Of a stretch of 23,226 nt of DNA, positions 16,200 to 23,226 are shown one piece after another (the first letter of the stretch is position 1; each line of letters starts with the position of its first letter). The stretch spans positions 1 to 23,226 of the forward strand of contig JBEHXF010000032.1 of NCBI GenBank assembly GCA_048498835.1, read 5' to 3'. This DNA is from Chlamydiota bacterium. GTDB taxonomy: Bacteria > Chlamydiota > Chlamydiia > Chlamydiales > SM23-39. A program made the position numbers and the translations under genes. Under the pieces are notes generated by a model, which saw nothing but the letters and a program-made list of their open reading frames with translations, ran no database searches and was not told the origin of the DNA.

Positions 16200-17345
16200 A
16201 TGAAGCCCTCGTATCCCCAGCCTAAAAATCCTTTAATTTTGCGTTATCACCGTTTGATGGATGCTTTTGCCAAATCAGACGACGAGCGCGATTTCTACCT
16301 AGATAAGGTCGAAGGATTTCTCCTTTATGTCGATCTAGATAAAGGTGTTGAGGAGATCGAAGCGCTCGAGAAGGAAATTCTTGAAAACTCAGGTCGCTAC
16401 TGTCTAATCCCAAAGATGACGTTCTATGAAGTTAAAAAATTCATGGAAGGCTTCGTCCACGAAAAAGTCTACGACATCGATACGAAAGAAAAGCTGCTCG
16501 ATTTAATTGCTGCGAAAGAAGCGCGCGAAAACTTTTTGGAATTCATTTACGACCACTTAAGCGAATTGGAAAAATGGCAGCTCTATTATCAAGAACGGTC
16601 TAGAATTCGGATTATCGAATGGCTTAGAACACAAGAAGTCAACTTTGTTTTTGAAGAAGATCTCGATCTGACCAAGACGATTGTTGAGAAGGTCAAGCGC
16701 CACCTCTTCGATGCAAAAGTTCCCAAAGATATTCAGCAAGCTCGCGATGCTTTGAGTGCAAAAGCGAAGACTTACTACTCAAACGAAGCGCTCAATCCAA
16801 GGCCGAAACGAGGCCGTCCGCCCAAACAAGTGGCGAAAGTGGAAATGGAACCGCAAGTATCGGGCGATATCTATACGCAAGTACCGGTTGCTTGCCGACT
16901 ATTCCTCTATATTCCAGATATCACCTCCGCTGCTTCCGTTACGTTCTCAGCAAAATTCGAGAGCGAAGAGCATTTGTTGGCGTCCCTCCGCGGCAGTCCG
17001 CGTCTGCGCGTCGATGAGAAATTGGAAGCTCTGTCTCAGCGCCTTGAATCTCTCCGCCACCTCTCTGATCGATTGGCGGGAGCTGAAAAAATGTTTGGGG
17101 TCGATGCGGGTAAAAAACCTTTTACTCCATTTATCAAGCCAAAAATGAAAGAGACCAAATCGGTCGAAGTCTTGCCAGAAACCCGCGCTCCAAAGGTCGA
17201 GTCGGCTATCCATGCCGTCCTGCCAAAGAAACGGGGCCGTCCTCGTAAAGAAGATCAGCCTGTCGATGAGTTCGTGGGTCAAAAGCGCCGCCGATTTGCC
17301 ATTAAGAAAGTGACTCAGATTAAGTCTGGTAAGAAAGACAAATAA
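16200..17345 (+). CDS. UPF0158-family protein (CT429-like) with two AT-hook-like motifs
   Basis: NPLILR..RLMDAFAKSDDERDFYLD..EGF is a chlamydial signature. The protein contains RPKRGRPPK and PKKRGRPRK and a basic C-terminal tail. Confidence 0.82.
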   Translation: MKPSYPQPKNPLILRYHRLMDAFAKSDDERDFYLDKVEGFLLYVDLDKGVEEIEALEKEILENSGRYCLIPKMTFYEVKKFMEGFVHEKVYDIDTKEKLLDLIAAKEARENFLEFIYDHLSELEKWQLYYQERSRIRIIEWLRTQEVNFVFEEDLDLTKTIVEKVKRHLFDAKVPKDIQQARDALSAKAKTYYSNEALNPRPKRGRPPKQVAKVEMEPQVSGDIYTQVPVACRLFLYIPDITSAASVTFSAKFESEEHLLASLRGSPRLRVDEKLEALSQRLESLRHLSDRLAGAEKMFGVDAGKKPFTPFIKPKMKETKSVEVLPETRAPKVESAIHAVLPKKRGRPRKEDQPVDEFVGQKRRRFAIKKVTQIKSGKKDK

Positions 17346-17434
17346 GTCGTAGTATATACTCTTTCTTTGGGATCGTAACTATCTAGTCGCTTTTTTATAA
17401 TATGACTAGAACCCAAATTAAAAAGGTATTTACT

Positions 17435-17632
17435 ATGACTCCTACTACTACCCCTTCTTCTTCCACGCCTACAACTCCTAGAGAAGTGTCTATCGGAACA
17501 TTAGCAGCTCAAAGAAAACTTCAAACATCTAGTAGTAAAGTCAATCAATTTATGAAAAATAATTTACCAAGTGACGCTTCAAGCAGCTATACCAAAGCAG
17601 TTACTGATCCAGGTAAATACAAACCCTTATAA
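17435..17632 (+). CDS. Small Ser/Thr/Pro-rich hypothetical protein
   Basis: AT-rich ORF, open from 17402, with AAAGGT upstream of ATG 17435. It fills the gap between two core genes. Confidence 0.4.
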   Translation: MTPTTTPSSSTPTTPREVSIGTLAAQRKLQTSSSKVNQFMKNNLPSDASSSYTKAVTDPGKYKPL

Positions 17633-17641
17633 TAAGGAATT

Positions 17642-19702
17642 ATGACCATCCTTCGAGAAGAGTCGTTGCTAGATGAATTATTACAGCGGAGCCAAGCTCG
17701 TTTGAGCTCCAAGCGCGAGCGCTGTTTCCAATTGCTTCGGGCGATGCACTGGACTCGATTGATGGACGACAAGATGACCAAACTCGTCCGCCAAAATAAG
17801 GGCGGAACGTTTCACTTATCGGTCAATGGTCACGAAATGATCGGCGCCGCTTCGGCGCTCGCTTTAACCCCCGGCACAGACTGGGGTTATCCTTATTATA
17901 GAGACCGAGCCTTTGCGATTGGCCTCGGCTGCTCGCTAGTCGATATTGTCGCTGCGTTTTTAGCGCGCGATAGCGCAAATCACTCGGCTGGCCGCATGAT
18001 GCCCGAGCACTTTTCACAGCCCGATTTGAGAATTCCTTGCCAATCCAGTGTAGTCGGTTCGCAATTTTTACAAGCAGTTGGCACAGCAAAATCGGCGCAG
18101 CTGCGCGGCGCGAAAGAGGTCGTGTATGTTTCGGGTGGTGATGGTTCTACTTCGCAGGGCGATTTCCACGAAGCATTGAATTTTTCTTGCCTGCACAAGC
18201 TTCCCATCGTGTTTGTCATTCAAGACAATGGTTGGGCGATTTCAGTTCCCACGTGCGATCAGACAGCGGGCGGCACGATCGCCAAAATGGCCAGAGGCTA
18301 TGAAGGGCTCACCGTTCACGAGATCGATGGTTGCGATTACGAAGAGACAACAGGTGCGCTCGATGCAGCAGTCATGAAGGCTCGCGCAGGCGAAGGGCCG
18401 AGTCTAATCGTTGCAAAAGTTCCCCGTATTGGCGCGCACAGCAGCAGCGACGATCCAAAAAAATACAAAGACGAAGCGACTCTAGACGCAGAAAAAATGC
18501 GCGATCCGATTATCCGTTTTGAACGATGGCTCGTATCTGAAGAACTCTTTACTGAATCGGAAATTCAAGAACTTCGCGCAAAACATTTTCAAGAGATTGA
18601 GCAAGCAGCTGACGCGGCTGATTTAGTTCCTTTTCCAGATCGTGCGACGGCTACCGATAAAGTGTTTAAGCCATTTGAGCCCCCCGTTTCCAAGATGGGA
18701 CCAGAAGGGGAATCGGTCGTAATGATGGACGCGTTGAATCACGCGATTGCAGAAGAGATGGAGCGCGATCCGGGCGTCGTCGTCTTTGGTCAGGACGTGG
18801 CTCACGGAAAGGGGGGCGTATTCGGAATCACCCGCCTTCTCACCGATCGATTTGGGAAAGAGCGCTGCTTCAATTCACCGCTTGCCGAATCGACCATCGT
18901 CGGCGTAGCAATCGGCCTTTCGATGGATGGATTTCACAAGCCGGTCGCCGAAATCCAATTTGCCGACTACATGTGGACGAGCGTAAACCAGATTTTCAAC
19001 GAACTTTCGAGCATTTACTACCGCTCTAATGGCCAGTGGTCTTGCCCGGTTGTTCTCCGGATGCCTTACGGCGGCTACATTCAAGGCGGCCCTTACCATT
19101 CGCAAAGTATTGAAGCATTTTTAAATCATTGCCCCGGCTTAAAAATCGTCATCCCGAGCAACGCAGCGGATGCAAAACGGCTCTTAAAAACAGCTATTCA
19201 CGATCCGAATCCCGTTCTCTTCCTCGAACATAAAGCGCTTTATCGCCAACGGGTTTTCTGCGCTCGTCCAGAGCCTGGCCCCGATGAATTTCTCCCCTTT
19301 GGTCAAGCCAATGTGGTCCGTGAAGGAACCGATGCCACAATCGTCACGTGGGGGATGATGTCGGTGATGGCGCATGATGTCGCCGAGCAGCTCTCGAAAG
19401 AGGGGATCTCGATTGAAGTCATCGATCTTCGCACGATCGCGCCTCTGGATTTCGACACGGTTTTGACGTCGGTCAAAAAGACAGGAAAGCTCCTCATCGC
19501 TCATGAAGCAGCCCGCAACGGCGGCTTTGGAGCGGAACTCGCTGCTCGCGCAGCAGAGCTCGCTTTCCACTATCTCGATGCGCCGATTCAACGCGTTGCA
19601 GGAAAAGATTGCCCTGTTCCGTATTGTAAAGACTTAGAAGATATGGTACTGCCCCAGAAGAAAGATCTCGAGGCAGCCCTTCGTCAATTAGCGGCTTACT
19701 AG
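17642..19702 (+). CDS. 2-oxoacid (probably branched-chain, 2-oxoisovalerate) dehydrogenase E1, fused alpha+beta subunits
   Basis: PYYRD, TPP motif GDGSTSQGDFHEALN...DN and HSSSDD in the alpha part. The beta part has GQDV..GKGGVF, SPLAES, EIQFADY, GPYHSQS, EHKALY and IDLRT. RBS AAGGA. Confidence 0.93.
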   Translation: MTILREESLLDELLQRSQARLSSKRERCFQLLRAMHWTRLMDDKMTKLVRQNKGGTFHLSVNGHEMIGAASALALTPGTDWGYPYYRDRAFAIGLGCSLVDIVAAFLARDSANHSAGRMMPEHFSQPDLRIPCQSSVVGSQFLQAVGTAKSAQLRGAKEVVYVSGGDGSTSQGDFHEALNFSCLHKLPIVFVIQDNGWAISVPTCDQTAGGTIAKMARGYEGLTVHEIDGCDYEETTGALDAAVMKARAGEGPSLIVAKVPRIGAHSSSDDPKKYKDEATLDAEKMRDPIIRFERWLVSEELFTESEIQELRAKHFQEIEQAADAADLVPFPDRATATDKVFKPFEPPVSKMGPEGESVVMMDALNHAIAEEMERDPGVVVFGQDVAHGKGGVFGITRLLTDRFGKERCFNSPLAESTIVGVAIGLSMDGFHKPVAEIQFADYMWTSVNQIFNELSSIYYRSNGQWSCPVVLRMPYGGYIQGGPYHSQSIEAFLNHCPGLKIVIPSNAADAKRLLKTAIHDPNPVLFLEHKALYRQRVFCARPEPGPDEFLPFGQANVVREGTDATIVTWGMMSVMAHDVAEQLSKEGISIEVIDLRTIAPLDFDTVLTSVKKTGKLLIAHEAARNGGFGAELAARAAELAFHYLDAPIQRVAGKDCPVPYCKDLEDMVLPQKKDLEAALRQLAAY

Positions 19703-20047
19703 CGCAGCTTTTCTAAATCTTAGATCGAAGAACCGTTTCGCTCTTCGTTTGCAAATGATGGGGCGATTGGTGAGTGTATCGTCAATGTGCTTACTGTAGC
19801 GCGACTTGAGTTTTTCAAATCTCGCCAGCTTTTCTTGCACTTGCCGTTTTTCTTTGATCTGCTTGCCGAGCTTTTGATCCATATGGATGAAATGCTGGAG
19901 CAAGCTCTCTTGGGTTTTTTGAAATGCTTCTAATTCATTTTCTGCTAATTCAGTTAAATCAACACCGGAAATGACTTCAGCATTGCGAATCAACTGATCC
20001 AGTGTCTTGTCGATTTCTAGAACGATCTCTTCGCTAAACATGACCAA
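19688..20047 (-). CDS. Hypothetical helical/coiled-coil protein
   Basis: 119-aa ORF, acidic N-half and basic C-tail, overlapping the E1 3' end convergently by 15 nt. The start could be 20041. Confidence 0.65.
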   Translation of the reverse strand: MVMFSEEIVLEIDKTLDQLIRNAEVISGVDLTELAENELEAFQKTQESLLQHFIHMDQKLGKQIKEKRQVQEKLARFEKLKSRYSKHIDDTLTNRPIICKRRAKRFFDLRFRKAALVSR

Positions 20048-20133
20048 CTCTCGTTGTTCTTCTTAAATTTCCTCTTTAAACGAAAGAACGAATTTAACAA
20101 AGAAAAAATTGTTCACACTTATGAAAGGGGATT

Positions 20134-20979
20134 TTAGCCAGCCTTAGCGTCTTGTAGATAGCGAGGTTTGTCTCTCTTCACAACTGCTTGCAGGGTCATT
20201 CTTCTAGGTGGTTGGAAATGAGGCCGGTTACCTTCGAATAAATGGTCTAGATTTTCCATTTCCCTTGTAAGCTGAGGCCCAGATAACAAAAGCAAAGCTA
20301 GAACTTTACGGTAGAAATGATAGATTGCTAGGCTTTGAACTAGCAATACAATAGATCCCATCAATAGAGAACCAACTCCAATAGAGCATAAGTTTTCAGC
20401 TCCTTCCCTGTAACTCTCTAAAATTGAAAAAATAGATAGGAAAAGACTGCTCACATTTGCTAACGGCTTTGTTCCCAAAAATACGGAAATTTCAAGAGCT
20501 GTAGAGACCGTTCGAATCAATCTCTCAAATCTTGGAAATTCTGCGACTGCACCTTTTTCTACTACACGTAGACAACCACTGTAAAAGAATGCGGAAGCAA
20601 CGCTTTGTAGGGTGTTCATCTCAATTACTCTTTGACGATTATTTCTATATATATTTGGAAAATGTTCGCGGTTAAGTTGATGACATTGATTTTGGAGAAT
20701 TTCTTGCGAGATGATTTTTTCCATTTCGCTACAAATTTTAAGAATTGTTTGGTTGAAACCGCACTGAAAAAACGCTCCAAAAAAGAAAAAACTCTGCATT
20801 TTCAGAATAGGTTGAGTGTTGGCCCATTCGCTCAGGTCTAAGTAGGCTATTCTCAGGCTTGAAAAAGCTCGATTTGCAGCTCGTTCGATACTTGGTACAA
20901 CAGGCGAAACTGTGTTGGCAATTGTTTCATAACCTCGGTTGAAGGCATTTCCGATTGTATTGCAAATGGTTGAAATCAT
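20134..20979 (-). CDS. Hypothetical membrane protein (orphan-like, AT-rich)
   Basis: 281-aa ORF with several hydrophobic segments in the C-half and no recognised motif. Confidence 0.6.
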   Translation of the reverse strand: MISTICNTIGNAFNRGYETIANTVSPVVPSIERAANRAFSSLRIAYLDLSEWANTQPILKMQSFFFFGAFFQCGFNQTILKICSEMEKIISQEILQNQCHQLNREHFPNIYRNNRQRVIEMNTLQSVASAFFYSGCLRVVEKGAVAEFPRFERLIRTVSTALEISVFLGTKPLANVSSLFLSIFSILESYREGAENLCSIGVGSLLMGSIVLLVQSLAIYHFYRKVLALLLLSGPQLTREMENLDHLFEGNRPHFQPPRRMTLQAVVKRDKPRYLQDAKAG

Positions 20980-21093
20980 GTTATTTTCGTGTTGGTTTGG
21001 TATATTATAACAATTATTTAATTTTGTTTTAAACTAACTTCTGTCCCAATATCTCTCCTAGAAATGAATCGAGCGATCTTTTACTCTTTTTCC

Positions 21094-21861
21094 ATGATTG
21101 GTTTTTGTCCACTGGCTTCTGGTTCAAAGGGAAATGCGATTTATTTCGGGACAAAGACGACCCGTGTCCTCATTGATGCCGGACTTCCCGCGAAAGCGAT
21201 TATAGACCGGTTAAAAGAGATCGATGTTGATCCTAAAACACTGCAGGCAATTCTCATCACGCATGATCATTCCGATCACATCGCAGGAGTGGCAGCGTTA
21301 GCGGAGCGCTTTCAGATCCCCGTCTTGGCTAATGCCGAAACAGCCAAAGGGATTATTGGGATGTTGAGGGTAAAACCCCGCTTCAAAATTTTTGCGACGG
21401 GTGAAATATTTTGTTTTGGCGATTTGGAGATCATGCCCTTTAGTGTCCCGCACGATACGCTCGATCCGGTTGCATTTCTTTTCCAGTATGGCTCCCTTAA
21501 AATCGGTTTTTGTGCCGATCTCGGCCATGTCACTTCACTTGTTCGGAAGGCCCTTGAGAACTGTAACTATCTCTATCTAGAAGCCAATCACCAAGTGTCG
21601 ATGGTTCACGCCTGTTCTCGTCCGCAGATCTACAAGACGCGCGTTTTGGGTAAGCAGGGGCATCTATCGAATGAAGAGTGCGGCAAACTCCTCCAGTCCA
21701 TCTATCATCCTGGCCTCAAGCACGTACACTTAGCCCATTTATCCAGTGAGTGCAACGTCCCTGAAGTGGCGCTGCAAGTTGTCAGAGACCACCTAGCAGG
21801 CAAAGAAGTGGAAATCTCCATCGCCTACCAGGATAAGATTTCTAAGCCGATCTACTTTTAA
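21094..21861 (+). CDS. yycJ: Metallo-beta-lactamase-fold hydrolase, YycJ/WalJ family
   Basis: LASGSKGN, LIDAG, THDHSDH, VPHD, LEANH, GHLSN and AHLS. ATG 21094 is preferred over 21064. Confidence 0.88.
   Translation: MIGFCPLASGSKGNAIYFGTKTTRVLIDAGLPAKAIIDRLKEIDVDPKTLQAILITHDHSDHIAGVAALAERFQIPVLANAETAKGIIGMLRVKPRFKIFATGEIFCFGDLEIMPFSVPHDTLDPVAFLFQYGSLKIGFCADLGHVTSLVRKALENCNYLYLEANHQVSMVHACSRPQIYKTRVLGKQGHLSNEECGKLLQSIYHPGLKHVHLAHLSSECNVPEVALQVVRDHLAGKEVEISIAYQDKISKPIYF
21764..21819 (+). repeat. Direct repeat copy 1 (within yycJ 3' end)
   Basis: 50/56 identical to 22459-22514, including a perfect 30-mer CACCTAGCAGGCAAAGAAGTGGAAATCTCC at 21790-21819. Confidence 0.92.
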
Positions 21862-21906
21862 CGCGAGTTAGGAAGCGATCAAGAGATCTTTATCCAACCA
21901 ATCTAT

Positions 21907-22341
21907 CTAGGCTAGCCTTAGGTGGGAGGTCGTTACCCATTTGATTTTTGCATCTCCGGCAATTGTCGGATCATAAGGATGGGAGCGCGCTGGATCGGGA
22001 ACCACTGTTGAAAGTTGTAGGGCAATCTTGTACGGCGCAATGACGAGCGCAACCACACTGGCCAATAAGCCTATTCCCACCTTTTGAACATTCGTCCCTG
22101 CATCTGTGATAGTATATTTTTTAGAGCATTGAGAGCCGATTAGATTGACTCCTGCCATGATCCCATTTTACACAACAACACCGGGGTGTTTTATCGTATC
22201 GAGCAACACTTCTGCTAGACAAATGACCGCTGCGGTCGTTTTGGCCATCATAGGCGAATGGGAACCGGCAACGGAGTGTAGGCATCGATGTAGAGCGACT
22301 TGCCCAAGAGCCGAGCATTTAATGCTGATATCAGAGAGCAT
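21907..22341 (-). pseudogene. Small membrane-protein gene interrupted by one in-frame TAA
   Basis: AAGGA RBS then ATG 22341. The frame reads MLSDISIK...LLDTIKHPGVVV*NGIMAGVNLIG... with a single stop at codon 58 (22170-22168) and continues in frame into ORF 21907..22158. Confidence 0.65.
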
Positions 22342-22458
22342 AAAAGTCCTTTTTTCAAGAAGCAGCGATTCTATAGAAGAGGTGAAATTCAGAAAAGCTT
22401 GATTTTTAGATGTAAAGTATTGCCCTCTCTCAGAGTCCCCGAGCTATTGTTCTGGCCA

Positions 22459-22514
22459 AAGTAGCGCTGCAAATCGTAACAGAACACCTAGCAGGCAAAG
22501 AAGTGGAAATCTCC
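22459..22514 (+). repeat. Direct repeat copy 2 (displaced, diverged yycJ 3' fragment)
   Basis: Translates as (K)VALQIVTEHLAGKEVEIS versus yycJ (E)VALQVVRDHLAGKEVEIS. The perfect 30-mer is at 22485-22514. Confidence 0.92.
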
Positions 22515-22553
22515 TTATATGGTATATTTAAAAAATATTTTTTCTATGGAGAG

Positions 22554-23226
22554 TTACGAAAGTTTGAGCTCGAAGTTGTCGGAAGCGATCTCGACTTTGC
22601 ATTTGTGCCCCGCTTCTTTGAGGACGTGAGCAGCGAGGATGGCTATTTCTTGCACTTGTTGGTCAGAATGCTCCGGCTCATGGTGGGTGATGACCCAATG
22701 ATAGCATTTGGTGAGAAGAAAGAGGGCGGCGGCGTTTTGGACAGAGGAGTGCCCCCATCCTACTTTATGGGTGTATTCTTCGGGTGTGTATTGGGCTTCG
22801 TGGATGATGGTGTCGCAAGGCTTAAGGAAGTCGATGAGACTGAGGTAGGGTTCTAGAACATCGGGTGGGATGTCCGTGATAGGGCCGTGATGTCCATAGA
22901 GCATTTCGTTGTCTGTGACGTAGCCGATCGTTTGGTGGGGGGTCGTGATTTTAAAGCAGTAAGTTGTGCCGGGATGAACGGTATTGTGGAAGTCGATCGT
23001 GATTGGGCCCATTTGAATGGGGGTTTTAGGGTGGGTGGTGCGGTAATTGATGTGGGCTTGTACTTGATCGAGTCGGACGGGAAAGAATTCTTGCGCGAGT
23101 AGATCGTTGAAGAGGTCGCGGCAGCTACGGCCGGCGCCAGAGGGAGAATAGACTTCGATTTGGATGCCGCGGTGATAGATCGGTTCAAAGAAGACGGCCA
23201 GCACGTGCATGATCACCGGCAGGATG
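22554..23226 (-). CDS. Metallo-beta-lactamase-fold hydrolase, C-terminal part (5' end outside window)
   Basis: FFEPIY, HPG, YVTDNE, IHEAQYTPEEY..KVGWGHSS and THHEP. The frame stays open to the window edge and the HxHxDH motif is not included. Confidence 0.85.
   Translation of the reverse strand, partial: ILPVIMHVLAVFFEPIYHRGIQIEVYSPSGAGRSCRDLFNDLLAQEFFPVRLDQVQAHINYRTTHPKTPIQMGPITIDFHNTVHPGTTYCFKITTPHQTIGYVTDNEMLYGHHGPITDIPPDVLEPYLSLIDFLKPCDTIIHEAQYTPEEYTHKVGWGHSSVQNAAALFLLTKCYHWVITHHEPEHSDQQVQEIAILAAHVLKEAGHKCKVEIASDNFELKLS

Noticed and set aside
17642..19702. E1 alpha/beta fusion as a novelty
   Set aside because: The fused form is already known in Chlamydiae and several other phyla.
19688..20047. 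Small helical protein as a FlgN/FliT-like secretion chaperone
   Set aside because: Only generic coiled-coil character, with no diagnostic motif or secretion-gene context.
22145..22402. 85-aa plus-strand ORF
   Set aside because: Antisense shadow of the minus-strand pseudogene, which has the better RBS and the longer frame.
21764..22514. Repeat pair as CRISPR or attL/attR of a prophage
   Set aside because: Only two copies 695 nt apart, derived from coding sequence, with no cas or integrase gene.
22503..22856. 117-aa plus-strand ORF starting in repeat copy 2
   Set aside because: Antisense to the well-supported MBL hydrolase; its first residues just reflect the yycJ fragment.

Overview
Chromosomal fragment of an environmental Chlamydiota bacterium. 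The assignment rests on the serS / VIT1-like / P1B-ATPase order, a UPF0158 (CT429-like) gene, a fused 2-oxoacid dehydrogenase E1 and a chlamydial-type HrcA. The core genes are hrcA (5' part, with a sigma66 promoter and CIRCE), a large NAD-glutamate dehydrogenase, a FAD-binding protein, a P1B-4 ATPase, a VIT1-like protein, an M18 aminopeptidase, serS, UPF0158, E1 alpha/beta, yycJ and a partial MBL hydrolase. Mostly AT-richer accessory genes sit between them: an F-box/LRR effector-like gene, three tandem M48-like metallopeptidase paralogs with hydrophobic hairpins, rhuM, several orphans and a nonsense pseudogene. Three things stand out. (1) A ~350-nt non-coding array of hairpins with GAA triloops and tandem G.A pairs lies downstream of rhuM and looks like a ssDNA element. 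(2) Some accessory inserts are bracketed by decayed copies of neighbouring core-gene 3' ends, most clearly the duplicated yycJ/MBL junction, which suggests integrase-free cassette insertion. (3) The M48-like triplet has an Inc-like architecture. All calls come from motif reading by eye; no database searches were run.
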